Assembly: GCA_964410585.1 (NCBI GenBank)
Contig: CAYPFW010000001.1
Coordinates: 384,001-448,000, forward strand
Reading direction: 5' to 3'
Length of the DNA: 64,000 bases
DNA from: an uncultured archaeon
GTDB lineage: Archaea; Aenigmatarchaeota; Aenigmatarchaeia; QMZP01; JACQNV01
This document shows, in pieces, positions 38,874 to 49,480 of this stretch; position 1 is the first letter of the stretch; the number at the start of each line of letters is the position of its first letter. The translations under genes and the position numbers were made by a program. The notes beneath the pieces were generated by a model. It was given only the letters and a program-made list of their open reading frames with translations. It did no database searches and had not been told where the DNA came from.

Positions 38874-39335
38874 CTAGAAGTGGTAAGACTCTGGTAAGTT
38901 CTTCTGAGAGAGGTCAACATTTTTCCAACCCTTCTCTATTTCACTAAAAATAGTTTTTAGCTTTTTCTCTATTTGATCCCACTGTTTGAAAATAGATTTG
39001 ATGAATTCTGCGTCTTTTTTTCTGTCGTGCTCGCATTTTATTCTAGAAGCACTTGTGTGGATTAGATTGAGTTGTTTGTAGATTTCATATGCTTCTTTTT
39101 TGACATCGCTAATCATATGTTCTGTGAAAAGAAGGTCTGGATCACTTCCTTCGTGGATAAACAAAAACGATTCTAAATTTTTCATCAATTCATAGGCTTT
39201 AAAACCAATCTCGTTCCTTATGTTCTGTAGGACAAGTGAATCGTTTTTCACAGAAATCTCAAACTTTTCTTCGATGTCTTCTATAGAAGGTAGCTTGAAT
39301 TTTGTTTTCAGCGGCTTGAAATAATCTTTTTCCAT
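38874..39335 (-). CDS. Hypothetical protein
   Basis: 153-aa helical ORF with GGGGG RBS. Confidence 0.7.
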   Translation of the reverse strand: MEKDYFKPLKTKFKLPSIEDIEEKFEISVKNDSLVLQNIRNEIGFKAYELMKNLESFLFIHEGSDPDLLFTEHMISDVKKEAYEIYKQLNLIHTSASRIKCEHDRKKDAEFIKSIFKQWDQIEKKLKTIFSEIEKGWKNVDLSQKNLPESYHF

Positions 39336-39418
39336 TGTTCCCCCATTAGATTAATAAGTATAGTTATTGTATTTAAATGATATTAGATTTGAGATATGCT
39401 TAGTTGTGGAAGCCATAT

Positions 39419-40021
39419 ATGAGCGAAAATGCTAAAGGCACAAAAAGGGCAATGGGATTGTTTATAGCACTTCTGATGTTTTTTTCAATTGCAGGATCAG
39501 CTCTTTATTATGTTGGCACATCGCCACAACAAAACCAAGACGACAACCAACCAAAGATAGAAATAAAACCTATAACTTTTGGTGAGCTTCCAACTGAACA
39601 CAAGCAGGCTGTAATTGGAAGTGGTAGGATTTTGTTTGAATATTTTTATCCAACTGGGTGCTTGGAGTGTGCGGAAACGCAAAATTTGTTGAAGCAATTT
39701 TCTGGGCAATTTGAGAGCCAAGGTAATCTTGTTTTTGTGGAGTTGATCGAGGGGTTTAACGAAACGAAACTTCAAATAATAAACCAAAGAGGAAGCATTA
39801 TAGAAGTTGAAGAAAATTTGACAGCAGACTCTTTGATGAGAATTTTTTGCGAGAACTCGCTTGTTCAGCCAAAGGAATGTTTACTTTTGCAGTTCAACTC
39901 ACCTGTTCCTGAGGTAAACAAAAGTCAGGAAACTAATCAAACAGATGTGGGGTCAAACAGTACTTCAACAAATCAAACACAAAATACAACAACTGGAAAC
40001 AAAACAAACACAACGACCTAA
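39419..40021 (+). CDS. Membrane-anchored protein with CxxC and Asn/Thr-rich tail
   Basis: N-terminal TM, GCLEC, sequon-rich C-terminus. Confidence 0.7.
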   Translation: MSENAKGTKRAMGLFIALLMFFSIAGSALYYVGTSPQQNQDDNQPKIEIKPITFGELPTEHKQAVIGSGRILFEYFYPTGCLECAETQNLLKQFSGQFESQGNLVFVELIEGFNETKLQIINQRGSIIEVEENLTADSLMRIFCENSLVQPKECLLLQFNSPVPEVNKSQETNQTDVGSNSTSTNQTQNTTTGNKTNTTT

Positions 40022-40022
40022 A

Positions 40023-42902
40023 CTAGATTTTTAATATCTTTAGCAGTTTCGACAATTCAACTTTTCCTTGTGCTAAGTTTTTATTTCCACCACCAGAACC
40101 ATTGCACTGGGAGCATATGTCCTTTATTTTCTTTTCCATGTCCTCATTATTTGACATTCCAACTATGTCTCCTATTTCATTAGAAAGTATAACTGTGAGG
40201 TTGGGATCCTTTTTCAAAAGCTCTGCTGCCATTAAAATGAGCTCCTTTCTTTGTAGATTTACAATATCAAAAAGTTGATTATTTTTTTTCTTTTTTAGGA
40301 GACCGTCTATATTGGATTTTGCTGCACTTGTTCTGAGATTTTCCAAATGCTTCCTTTGATTTTTCCATGTCTCAAAAATATATTTAGCTGCTTCCTCTAG
40401 GTTTTGAGATTTGTATTTTTGTAGGATTTCTGTTTTTTCTCCAAGGATTTTTTTGAGCTTATTTATTTCTTTCTGTTGGCTAACTGTTTCAGCAATAAAG
40501 TTGTCTATGTTTGATTCTAAATGGTCCACTGAAACAGACAAAACATCAGCGGCCTCATGGAGCTCTTTTGTCAAATGCTTTGTATCGCCTCTTATCTGAG
40601 AGACTTCAACTAAATCAGATTTGTTAAGTTTTTCGACCAAGCGAGATGAAAGATCAGAAGCGTGCCTTATGTATTTTTCAGCTGCCGCAGCTGATTTTAT
40701 TGTTATTCTTATTATTCCGTCTTGAATTTTTTCTGTTCCTACAATTATTATTTTCTCTATTTCTCCAGTATCTAAAACATGTGTGCCTGCACATGCTTCT
40801 GTATCGTGGCCCGGGACCTCTAAAATCCTTAGGGTTTTTTCAGGTATGTGTCCGCCTTGATATATTCCAAGACCAAATCTATTTTCAGCCTCTCCTCTTG
40901 GGACAAAATTACTTTTTGTTTTTATTGATTTTTTTACAATTTCATTTGCTAAGGATTCTATTTTTTCTATTTCTTCTGGCATCAAATTTTGGTAGTGTGT
41001 GATATCTAGTGTGGCTTTGTCTTCTGATTTGTGTGTGCCTGCTTGCCATGCGTGCTTTCCTAATACTTTTTTGACTGCACCATTTAAAATATGAATCGAT
41101 GTATGGTGGCGCCTTAGATTGAGTCTCCTGTTCCAGTCTATTCTTCCTTTCACTGTTTGACCGACTTTAAATTGTCCTATATTTTCGACTTTATGTGCGA
41201 CAATATGGCCGAATTTTTGGACATCAATAACTTTTTGGTTTTCCAAAAATCCAGTATCATTTTCCTGTCCACCGCCTTCTGGATAAAACAAAGTTTGGTC
41301 TAAAACTATCCAGTCTTTTGTAATCCTCAAAACCTTTCCTTCAAAATCTTTTTTTTCTGGGTTTTCGTAGAACAAGACTTTCGTGTCTGGTAGATTTGAT
41401 AGGTCTAAATCAATTTCTTTTTCTTCTTCTTTCTGGATGATATGTTTGCTCGACAAATGTTCGTAGAAGTCTTCTGGGATTTCTACTGATTGCTTTTTCT
41501 CCTTTGCTATTTGTTTTATCAGTTCTGGCGTGATTCCCTGGGACTCATATAGCTTTGCGACTTTTTCTCCGCTAAATTTTTCCCCCTTATCTAGGAGGAC
41601 TTCTATTGTCGACCTTGCTTGTTTTAGTGTTTTTTTGTATTTCTCCTCTTCAATTGAAAATATTTTGTTTAGATTATCGACGTTTTCTTTTAGCTCTGGA
41701 AACATTGGTTTTAAAAACTTAGCATGCTCTTCTGCGATCCCTGGAAGATTTAGATTTAAATTGTATTCGTCTAAGAAGGCAAGGGCGCGCCTGAAAATAA
41801 CACGAAGGTTGTAGCCGCCGCCGACATTTGATGGGAAGCCGCCGTCTGAAACTGCGAATAAAAGAGTCCGCGTGTGGTCTGCAATTGCATAGACTGCACG
41901 AAGAGGCTCGATTTGTTCTATTAATTCTTTTGTTGAGACGCCTATTGATTTTGCAATTTCTTCCCTTGTTTTTTCCAGATTTTTTGCTTCGTCTATGTTC
42001 AAACGACCTGCGAGTTTTGAGAATTTTTCAAAAATATGTTTGTCGACTTTTATTCCTGTGTGTTTTTTCATTTTTTCTATAAGATCGCCGAAGACGCAGT
42101 CATAGATTGTGTTTGTTCCGTTTGAGAGCCAGACAAGCCTCTCGTGACCCCAGCCTGTGTCATTTACTTTGATATCTAAATTTGTGAAGCCTGTTTTTGT
42201 TGCCTGAAATTCCATGAAAACATGATTGCCGACCTCCAAGCCTCCTATGTAGGTTTCAATTGAAGGCCCAAACGCGCTAAAGTCGGGCATGTGCCAGAGA
42301 TCTTCTACATAGACTAAATCTTTTGCGTCAACTCCCAAACGACCATTTAGAAAACCAAAATCAAGTTCCATGCATCTATCTTTGAAGTAGCCTTCTTTTG
42401 GGTAGCCGAAAGCATGTTGGCCTGACATGATGAAAGAAGTCATGTGTCTACCTGATAAACCAACAGAAGGTATGTCTGGGAATCTTAAACAAACTTGAGG
42501 GACAACCAAAGGATTTGCAGGATAAACAAAATTCATTTTTCCCATGTCTATCCTTTGAAAGTCTTGGATAGACGCAATTGTGAAAAATAAGTCTGGCCTC
42601 CATCTATCGATTACTGGGTATCTTGGCGTGCTTGCGTGGCCATTTTCGACGAAAAATTTCTCAAACTCTCTCCACATTTTCACATAATCTAATTTCTTTT
42701 TCGCAAGCTTGTTGCCGATGAAGTTGTAGTCTTCGCATGGAGGATTGCCGCATTTTTTTCTTTCAGGATCTAAAGTCCAGAAATAAGCTGAACAAGAGTG
42801 GCATTGTTTTCTTTGGAAACCCTTTTGTTTGAATAATTCAACTTGATAGTACTTCTGCCAATCCTTCTCAAATTCTTTTTTTAGGTTGACTTTTGTGAGC
42901 AT
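40023..42902 (-). CDS. alaS: Alanyl-tRNA ligase (archaeal type)
   Basis: N-terminal CxxC, FTIASI, ADHTR, YPEGGGQ, HHTSIH editing motif, ACAGTH, GSGGG. Confidence 0.96.
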   Translation of the reverse strand: MLTKVNLKKEFEKDWQKYYQVELFKQKGFQRKQCHSCSAYFWTLDPERKKCGNPPCEDYNFIGNKLAKKKLDYVKMWREFEKFFVENGHASTPRYPVIDRWRPDLFFTIASIQDFQRIDMGKMNFVYPANPLVVPQVCLRFPDIPSVGLSGRHMTSFIMSGQHAFGYPKEGYFKDRCMELDFGFLNGRLGVDAKDLVYVEDLWHMPDFSAFGPSIETYIGGLEVGNHVFMEFQATKTGFTNLDIKVNDTGWGHERLVWLSNGTNTIYDCVFGDLIEKMKKHTGIKVDKHIFEKFSKLAGRLNIDEAKNLEKTREEIAKSIGVSTKELIEQIEPLRAVYAIADHTRTLLFAVSDGGFPSNVGGGYNLRVIFRRALAFLDEYNLNLNLPGIAEEHAKFLKPMFPELKENVDNLNKIFSIEEEKYKKTLKQARSTIEVLLDKGEKFSGEKVAKLYESQGITPELIKQIAKEKKQSVEIPEDFYEHLSSKHIIQKEEEKEIDLDLSNLPDTKVLFYENPEKKDFEGKVLRITKDWIVLDQTLFYPEGGGQENDTGFLENQKVIDVQKFGHIVAHKVENIGQFKVGQTVKGRIDWNRRLNLRRHHTSIHILNGAVKKVLGKHAWQAGTHKSEDKATLDITHYQNLMPEEIEKIESLANEIVKKSIKTKSNFVPRGEAENRFGLGIYQGGHIPEKTLRILEVPGHDTEACAGTHVLDTGEIEKIIIVGTEKIQDGIIRITIKSAAAAEKYIRHASDLSSRLVEKLNKSDLVEVSQIRGDTKHLTKELHEAADVLSVSVDHLESNIDNFIAETVSQQKEINKLKKILGEKTEILQKYKSQNLEEAAKYIFETWKNQRKHLENLRTSAAKSNIDGLLKKKKNNQLFDIVNLQRKELILMAAELLKKDPNLTVILSNEIGDIVGMSNNEDMEKKIKDICSQCNGSGGGNKNLAQGKVELSKLLKILKI

Positions 42903-42928
42903 ATCTAATAAATAGGGAACCAGTTATT

Positions 42929-43207
42929 TTAAACCAACTCAGCAATCTTCCTTGCTGTTTCGAAGATTTGCTTTTCAGAATCCATTTGGCGCAGGGAAAT
43001 TTCTCCGTTGGAGAAAATCAAAATAATCGCGTCGCCTTCTTCGATTTTGATTGCTTTGAGTTCGTCTGATTTAACAACAAACTTAAAATGCGAAGAAAGG
43101 TTTTTGACTGCTTTTGCAAAATCTATTTCCCTGTTCAAATATGCCTTTGCCATTATCTTGTCCTTGTCTGTTATACAAGGCCGGATTTGCGCGATTTCTA
43201 GTTTCAT
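42929..43207 (-). CDS. Small hypothetical protein
   Basis: 92 aa, RPC and LIFSNGEI, AGGTG RBS. Confidence 0.65.
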   Translation of the reverse strand: MKLEIAQIRPCITDKDKIMAKAYLNREIDFAKAVKNLSSHFKFVVKSDELKAIKIEEGDAIILIFSNGEISLRQMDSEKQIFETARKIAELV

Positions 43208-43298
43208 AGCACCTTTTTAGGAAAAAGCTGCACCAAAAAGTTCAGCGCAACTCTAACCTCCTTATAGGCTTATATTATTTTCCTTTATACTTATAGGT

Positions 43299-43742
43299 AT
43301 GAATGCTGAAGAGGCCTTTGCTGATGGCAAACCAAAAATGTATGCAGCTGTTTTTAGAGATAATGCAGCTGTTCGATTTAAAATTGGCGGACTTGGAATA
43401 AGAGGATTAGAAAGGGAAGATAGGCCACTTGTTGTATACAATGTTTATAGAAGAGATGTATATGGGAAAATGGAACAAGATGGGATGCTTCCAGAGTCAG
43501 TAAAAGATCTTGTTAGAGAAATGGCAGAGTCTAACTTATACCCAGCTTCCCATGAATTTGTTTCTCCTAATTTGAATGGATGGGGAGTTGTAAGAACAGA
43601 AAAACCAGTAGATGGAGAGGCGCTTATAGATTTAATATCTGATGTAGGAACTATTTTAGCGCAACCATTTTTTGATAAAAGAGTTGGGGGCAGAGTTGCT
43701 TTCAGGGATCTCTTAATTCTAGAAGAGTTTTACACTATTTGA
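43299..43742 (+). CDS. Hypothetical protein
   Basis: 147-aa orphan ORF with TATA-like box upstream. Confidence 0.6.
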   Translation: MNAEEAFADGKPKMYAAVFRDNAAVRFKIGGLGIRGLEREDRPLVVYNVYRRDVYGKMEQDGMLPESVKDLVREMAESNLYPASHEFVSPNLNGWGVVRTEKPVDGEALIDLISDVGTILAQPFFDKRVGGRVAFRDLLILEEFYTI

Positions 43743-44146
43743 TTCTTTCTCCAATCAATATATTTCTTCAACAGTCCTTTCGTCGCATCCATCAAAGGAA
43801 GATTAAAAGCTTCTTCTATTGTATACCAACCATATTCAGATATTTCGTGGTTTGGCACGATTTGTGTTTGGCTAGCTTTTGCGATGAAATCGATAAAATG
43901 GAAGGTCATTGTTGGATCTTTGAAATCAGGACTTGGAGGCTTTATCAGCTCACCGACAAAAACAATACCAGAGATTTCTATTTGAAGCTCTTCTCTTATT
44001 TCTCTACGCAGGCATTGCTCTGGTGTTTCGCCTTCCTCAATCCGTCCTCCAGGAACTATCCAATGTTTCCATTTAGGAGATGACATCAAAAATATTTTGC
44101 CTTCATCATTGTACAAGACGACTCCGACGCATTTTTTAATTGGCAT
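43730..44146 (-). CDS. NUDIX hydrolase
   Basis: PGGRIEEGETPEQCLRREIREEL Nudix box. Confidence 0.92.
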   Translation of the reverse strand: MPIKKCVGVVLYNDEGKIFLMSSPKWKHWIVPGGRIEEGETPEQCLRREIREELQIEISGIVFVGELIKPPSPDFKDPTMTFHFIDFIAKASQTQIVPNHEISEYGWYTIEEAFNLPLMDATKGLLKKYIDWRKNQIV

Positions 44147-44263
44147 TTGTTTAGTTGGTTTGTTGGCTAATATATTTGAGCGGGTGGATTTTCGATTTAG
44201 AAAATAATTGAGTTGATTGTTGAGAGAATTAAAAGAATCTTTAAATATGTGCACAGACAATTC

Positions 44264-44278
44264 TATAACAGTGTTATA
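44264..44278. promoter_or_regulatory. Palindromic operator candidate TATAACAGTGTTATA
   Basis: Perfect 7-1-7 palindrome 28 nt before the HTH gene; recurs at 60982-61058. Confidence 0.65.
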
Positions 44279-44306
44279 AAGAATTAACATCGATAATTGG
44301 TTAACT

Positions 44307-44648
44307 ATGCATGGTCCATTCTGCGAAATAATGGTGAAGGAAGTCCTTCCAGTTTTGAGATGTTTGTTAGCTAAAAGGCTCTCAGAATTTGGTTTGTCGC
44401 AGAAAAAAGTTGCAGAAAAAATGGGCACAACACAGCCTGCTGTTTCTCAATACAAGAAAGGTCTAAGAGGCTCTAAAACAGCACTACTTGAAGACAACAG
44501 GGAAGTCTTGGAAAAAGTAGACCAAATCGCAAAAAAGCTTGCAGCAGGACAAATGAGTCCACAAGAAGTTCCTTTTGAGATGTGCCAAATGTGCGAACTT
44601 CTTGAAAAAGACAAAGTCTTCTTGGAAAAAATTACTGCGAAGAAATAA
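44307..44648 (+). CDS. HTH transcriptional regulator with Cys motifs (COG2522-like)
   Basis: PFCE..VLPVLR, GLSQKKVAEKMGTTQPAVSQY..G.RG, CQMC. Confidence 0.85.
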   Translation: MHGPFCEIMVKEVLPVLRCLLAKRLSEFGLSQKKVAEKMGTTQPAVSQYKKGLRGSKTALLEDNREVLEKVDQIAKKLAAGQMSPQEVPFEMCQMCELLEKDKVFLEKITAKK

Positions 44649-44732
44649 TTAACCTGAATCAACACAATAATCTACATTTTCTGGTTGATTCGGGTGCTGT
44701 AAAACAATAACAGATTGTTTAGTTGTTTTACG

Positions 44733-45821
44733 CTATACAGAGCCACCAAAACTAAAGATGCTTCCTATTTTATTCTTGAACCTAACCCAAGCACTCACTT
44801 GCTGGAACTCATAGCTGACTTCTTTTTTCACAAAATTTGCTGTTGCTGAATATTCTTTTGCAATTGCTTGCTCAAGTTTATCCAAACCTATTGCCTCCTC
44901 TTCTTTTTTGAAGAGTTTCCCAGCTTTTCTAAATGTTTTTGTTACAGGCGCAAAAAGGTTTGGCCTTGGCTTTGCTGTTGAGAATCCTTTTTCAGGATGG
45001 TATCCTCTTCTTATAGGGAAATAACTGTATAGGAGAAGACCAGCGAAAATTAAAATAACTGTTCCAATAGAACTATAGAAAAACATAGCTGATGTATTCT
45101 GCTTTTCAATATTTGTACATTCTGTTTTGTAGTCCTCAAGCTCTTTTATTATTGTGCTAAGTGTATCTGTTTTTTGTTTAAGGTCATCAGAGTGCCTTTC
45201 AGATCTCAAGTAGTCACCATCCTTCAATGCAGAATCTAGTTTTATTAATAGTTCATCAGATTCTTTGAATAGACTACTAGCCATTTGCGTTTTTGATTTT
45301 GTGTCTAGTTTAGAAACAGGATTTGTGTCTGGAAGTTGGCATAAGACTGAGGGCTGTTTTTCCTTCAGCGTCTTAAGAAGCATAGTATAAATTTGGTTGG
45401 AATCTTTTATAGAAACTTTTTTTTGCTCATTTAAAGAAACAACAATTATGAAGTCCTCTGTATCAAATATGGAACCTGATTGTATTTTAAATTTTCCGCT
45501 GTACTCGCCTGCTTTAAAATCTGGAGAAATTGAAAAGGATAGAAGGAATTCCTCTTCTGTGTTGCTTGATATTGAATCAGAACCTGCAACTGTATATGGT
45601 ATATTCACACTCAAATCAGCCAGGCTAAAATTAACGGGAAGTGTGGCATTTCCTATATTTTTCACTTTGATTTTTGTCTGGACAGTATCGCCCTGAAAAA
45701 CATCTATTTTGTCAACTGATTCTGTTATTGTTAGAGATTGTAAATTAGCTGCACCAGAATTTTGGATAGAGAAAACTAAGGAAAGTAGAACCACTGAAAG
45801 GAAAATTGCCCCCAATCTCAT
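44733..45821 (-). CDS. Membrane protein with Ig-like extracellular domain
   Basis: Signal peptide, VKNIGN, GEYSG, helical stalk, TM. Confidence 0.7.
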   Translation of the reverse strand: MRLGAIFLSVVLLSLVFSIQNSGAANLQSLTITESVDKIDVFQGDTVQTKIKVKNIGNATLPVNFSLADLSVNIPYTVAGSDSISSNTEEEFLLSFSISPDFKAGEYSGKFKIQSGSIFDTEDFIIVVSLNEQKKVSIKDSNQIYTMLLKTLKEKQPSVLCQLPDTNPVSKLDTKSKTQMASSLFKESDELLIKLDSALKDGDYLRSERHSDDLKQKTDTLSTIIKELEDYKTECTNIEKQNTSAMFFYSSIGTVILIFAGLLLYSYFPIRRGYHPEKGFSTAKPRPNLFAPVTKTFRKAGKLFKKEEEAIGLDKLEQAIAKEYSATANFVKKEVSYEFQQVSAWVRFKNKIGSIFSFGGSV

Positions 45822-45887
45822 ATATATTATTCAAAATATAATGTATGAAATTAGAACTAAGTTATATATTCTTTTCTCTACCCCTCC

Positions 45888-45935
45888 TAAGCCTTTTCTT
45901 TAGAAAAGAAAAGTCTAAGGCTTATCCAAAAGAAA
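45888..45935 (+). repeat. Family E-related repeat
   Basis: TAAGCCTTTTCTT..AAGAAAAG..GGCTTATCCAAAAGAAA. Confidence 0.65.
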
Positions 45936-45972
45936 CTACTTTACAAGAGAAATCGATGTATAGAAAGGTTAT

Positions 45973-47595
45973 ATGGAAGAAAATAGCCTGTTCTGGGCCG
46001 ATCAACTTGCAGACCAAGTGATTGAAAGGGCGAAGAAAGAGGGAAAAATAGTTAGTATAAGGAGTGGACAAACACCATCTGGTGGGAAACATATTGGAAA
46101 CCTAAATGATCCTGTGCGCGCATATTTTGTTTACAAATCTGTTTTAGAGAAGGGTAAGAAAGCAAGATTTATCAATACAAGCGATGATAGAGACCCACTA
46201 AAGGATGTGCCTGCAAGGATTGCTGATTTAGATGGAAAGTGGCACAAATCTGAAAATTTCTCCGAATTGAAAAAACACTTAGGTAAACCATTGATCAGGG
46301 TTCCAGATCCGTTTGGATGTTGTAAAAGCTATGCAGAACATTTTGCTAGTTTGTGGAGCCAAGGTCTTGCGCTTTTGGGAATAAGACCACAGGAATATAC
46401 AAATGATAATTGGTATAAGGAAGGAAAGTTTGATCCATACATAAAAAAGGTTTTTGAGAAAAGGCAACTATCAGGCGAGCTTTGCAACAAATACCAAGAA
46501 AGCAAATCAGCTGAATATATCCCTTTCGATGCAATTTGTCCAAATTGTGGAGTGTTGGCAAACATTTCTGAATTTGATTTGAAATCAAAGAAAGTCCAGT
46601 TTATTTGCGGTGGAAAGTCAATAAAAAAGAAAAAATCAGAAGGCTGCGGCTTTGAAGGCGAGGTACCTTGGTCTGAAGGAAAGCTACAGTGGAGGTTTGA
46701 GTGGCCTGCTCAATGGGGAATTTGTGAAACAAACTTTGAGCCTTTTGGAAAAGATCACTACGAAGGGTCTTGGAAATCAGGACAGGAGATTGCTAAAAGA
46801 GTTTATGATTTCGAGCCGCCTATACCATATGTATACGAGTTCTTTTTGGTCAACGGCGAGAAAATGTCTGCATCAAAGGGAAATGTTTACATTGTACAAG
46901 ATATGCTCAAAATTGTCGAGCCAGAAATTTTCCTTTACTTCTATACAAAGAGGCCAGGAAAACAAAGGGACTTGGATTTGAAAAATATAGGGCTTCTGGT
47001 TGATGATTTTGAAAAGGTTGAGAGGATTTATTTTGATGTTGACAAAGAAGAGAATGAAAGAGAAAAGGACAATTTGAAAAGATCCTATTTCATGGCAGTT
47101 GAAAAATTGCCTAAAGCCATACCAACCAGGATTTCATATTCATTTGCATCGCTTGTCTCTCAATATTATTCTGATAAAAACAAAATTTTGGAGCTGCTTA
47201 AAACACTAAGCATGATGAAAGGACAAACAAGAGATGAGGAGAAACAGATTTTGAAGAGGTTTGAACTAGCCAAAAATTGGATAGATATGTTTGCACCAGA
47301 GGAAGCTAAAATCAAGCTTCAGGAAACCTGTTCTGATGAGATAAAAAAAGGTCTAACTGAAAACCAAAAACATGCTGTGAAAGAATTGGGCTTGGAACTT
47401 GAGAAAAAAGAAATGAAAGAAGAAGAACTGTACAATCTTTTTTGGCATATTGCAGAGAAAAACCAGTTAAAGGCGCCTGAATTTTTCAGGTCTGTGTATT
47501 TGGTTTTGCTTGCAAAAGAAAGAGGACCAAAACTTGCTCCATTTATTTTGACTGTTGGACAGAAGAAAGTTGCTGAGATTTTGGAGAGGGTTTAG
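45973..47595 (+). CDS. lysS: Class I lysyl-tRNA ligase
   Basis: FWAD, PSG.KHIGN, KLQWRFEWP, FEPFGKDH, KMSASKG, GPKLA. Confidence 0.96.
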   Translation: MEENSLFWADQLADQVIERAKKEGKIVSIRSGQTPSGGKHIGNLNDPVRAYFVYKSVLEKGKKARFINTSDDRDPLKDVPARIADLDGKWHKSENFSELKKHLGKPLIRVPDPFGCCKSYAEHFASLWSQGLALLGIRPQEYTNDNWYKEGKFDPYIKKVFEKRQLSGELCNKYQESKSAEYIPFDAICPNCGVLANISEFDLKSKKVQFICGGKSIKKKKSEGCGFEGEVPWSEGKLQWRFEWPAQWGICETNFEPFGKDHYEGSWKSGQEIAKRVYDFEPPIPYVYEFFLVNGEKMSASKGNVYIVQDMLKIVEPEIFLYFYTKRPGKQRDLDLKNIGLLVDDFEKVERIYFDVDKEENEREKDNLKRSYFMAVEKLPKAIPTRISYSFASLVSQYYSDKNKILELLKTLSMMKGQTRDEEKQILKRFELAKNWIDMFAPEEAKIKLQETCSDEIKKGLTENQKHAVKELGLELEKKEMKEEELYNLFWHIAEKNQLKAPEFFRSVYLVLLAKERGPKLAPFILTVGQKKVAEILERV

Positions 47596-47621
47596 GACAT
47601 TTCACGTTTACTTTACTAGAA

Positions 47622-48161
47622 TCAATATTCGCCTTCCTCATTTCTGCAGTCTTCGCAAAGCCATCTGCCTTCTGCATGCCTTAGGTCATCTGAATAATCG
47701 CCGCATTTTTCGCATAAACCAGATATAGCTTCTGTTGGCTCAGCTACGCGGTCCAGCCTGCTTTTCAATTTTTCAGATAAAACTTCAATCAGTTCAGGCG
47801 CTGCTAAAAGAATTTCTTTTTCAGAAACAATTCCAACAAGCCTGCCACCATCGATAACAGGTAGCCTTTTCACTCCCGATTTTACCATTTTTCTGGCAAC
47901 TGCAAGCATGTCTTCTGAAGAATTTGCTGAGACTAAAGGCTTCTTTTTCAGGTCTTTTGCTTTTGTTTTTTTCAGATCTTTGTCGTGTGCAAGGGCGTGG
48001 ACAATGTCCTTTTCAGTCACCAACCTCACTGGTTTTTTCTTATCCAACACAACAACTGAACCAATTTGATTGTTCGACAAGATTTTTGAAATAGTATACA
48101 AAGAAGCATTTGGATCAACTGTGACAACCTTTGTCCTCATTATATTTCTAATAGCCACCAT
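47622..48161 (-). CDS. CBS-pair protein with C-terminal Zn ribbon
   Basis: Two CBS motifs; GLCEKCG...LCEDC. Confidence 0.88.
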   Translation of the reverse strand: MVAIRNIMRTKVVTVDPNASLYTISKILSNNQIGSVVVLDKKKPVRLVTEKDIVHALAHDKDLKKTKAKDLKKKPLVSANSSEDMLAVARKMVKSGVKRLPVIDGGRLVGIVSEKEILLAAPELIEVLSEKLKSRLDRVAEPTEAISGLCEKCGDYSDDLRHAEGRWLCEDCRNEEGEY

Positions 48162-48221
48162 AGACACCACCCTATTTAAATATTATAGTTTATATCTGAT
48201 ATAAAGTTATCCTGTATAATA

Positions 48222-48266
48222 GTTTCTTTGGGATAACTTACCACTTTCTTTTCTAAAGAAAGGGGG
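48222..48266 (-). repeat. Family E-related repeat
   Basis: Reverse complement CCCTTTCTTTAGAAAAGAAAGTGG..ATCCCAAAGAAAC. Confidence 0.6.
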
Positions 48267-48272
48267 AGTATT

Positions 48273-49349
48273 ATGAACGAGGAAGATATTGTAAAAATGC
48301 TTGCAGAAAAAAAGACAGTGATAGATGAAACAATCAAAAAATACTTGCCTGAAAAATTCGATGAAAAATATTTGGAGTGGTCATTGGGAAAGGCCAGATA
48401 TTCTTACAATGTTGAAGCTTTGCAAAAAGTTATTTCAGAGCCAATTTGGGATTTTTTGAATAGAGGCGGGAAAAGATGGAGGCCTGTTTTATTTCTTTTA
48501 GTTGCAGAGGCACTTGGAGCTGATTTGAAAAAGGTGCAAGACTTTGTTGTGATTTCTGAATTGGTGCACAATGGAAGTCTTGTTGTCGACGATATAGAAG
48601 ACAGATCAGAATTAAGGAGAGGCGAACCATGCATGCACATAAAGTTCGGCATTGATATTGCAATAAACGCAGGGAACATGATGTACTTTTTACCCTTTCT
48701 AGCTTTGATGAAAAACAAATATAATTTTTCTGCTGATACTATTGCAAAAGCATACCAAACTTGCATACAGGAGCTTATCAATATACACTGCGGACAGGGC
48801 TTGGACATCGCATGGCACAATGGTTTGGGAAATGCAAACAATATAACTGAAAAAGAATATCTGCAGATGTGCGCATACAAAACAGGGACTTTGGCAAGGT
48901 TATCTGCGCGACTTGCTGTTGTTTTGGCAGGTGGATATGAAAAACAAGAAGAGGTTTTGGGAAAGTTTGCAGAAACAATTGGTGTGGCTTTCCAAATACA
49001 GGATGATGTTTTAAGTGCATCTGGAGAAAAATTCCAGGAGAAAAAAGGTTTTGGAGACGATATAACTGAGGGGAAAAGGACACTTATAGTTATACATGCT
49101 ATGCAAAATTTGGAACAAGCAGACAGGGAAAGGTTGATTGAGATTCTAAACATGCATACAAGGGATGTTAATTTGATTAAAGAGGCTTTGGATTTGCTGA
49201 AAAAGAAAGGTTCTGTTGAGTATGCGAAAAATGTAGCAAAGGACATGGTGCGAAGCGCGTGGGCAGATGCTAACAAACTGCTTCCAGAATCAATTGCAAA
49301 AGGCAAGCTCAAAAAATTCGCAGACTTTTTGGTGGACAGGGAGTGGTAA
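48273..49349 (+). CDS. Polyprenyl (geranylgeranyl) diphosphate synthase
   Basis: GGKRWRP, VDDIED..RRG, GQ.LD, YKT, FQIQDD, DITEGK. Confidence 0.93.
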   Translation: MNEEDIVKMLAEKKTVIDETIKKYLPEKFDEKYLEWSLGKARYSYNVEALQKVISEPIWDFLNRGGKRWRPVLFLLVAEALGADLKKVQDFVVISELVHNGSLVVDDIEDRSELRRGEPCMHIKFGIDIAINAGNMMYFLPFLALMKNKYNFSADTIAKAYQTCIQELINIHCGQGLDIAWHNGLGNANNITEKEYLQMCAYKTGTLARLSARLAVVLAGGYEKQEEVLGKFAETIGVAFQIQDDVLSASGEKFQEKKGFGDDITEGKRTLIVIHAMQNLEQADRERLIEILNMHTRDVNLIKEALDLLKKKGSVEYAKNVAKDMVRSAWADANKLLPESIAKGKLKKFADFLVDREW

Positions 49350-49370
49350 TTATCTTTTAAACTCTGTATA

Positions 49371-49466
49371 CTTTTTGCTCAAGCTTTTTACTAAAAAGCT
49401 TGGCTTATGCAAAAATAGGAGCCTAAAAATTCTTCGTTGATACTCGAAAAATTTTACAGCTTCCAT
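49371..49466 (-). repeat. Family A repeat
   Basis: Reverse complement TGGAAGCTGTAAAA...TAGGCTCC..CATAAGCCAAGCTTTTTAGTAAAAAGCTT. Confidence 0.8.
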
Positions 49467-49480
49467 GTACTAACGAATTT

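Noticed and set aside
44147-44428. Long N-terminal extension of the NUDIX ORF (likewise bcp 33693-33791 and Rieske 60973-61140)
   Set aside because: These overlap promoter/operator regions or a divergent gene; internal ATGs fit the domain boundaries.
48404-49312. 302-aa antisense ORF (also 14025-14675, 51000-51593 and many shorter ones)
   Set aside because: Shadows of well-identified genes on the opposite strand; no motifs.
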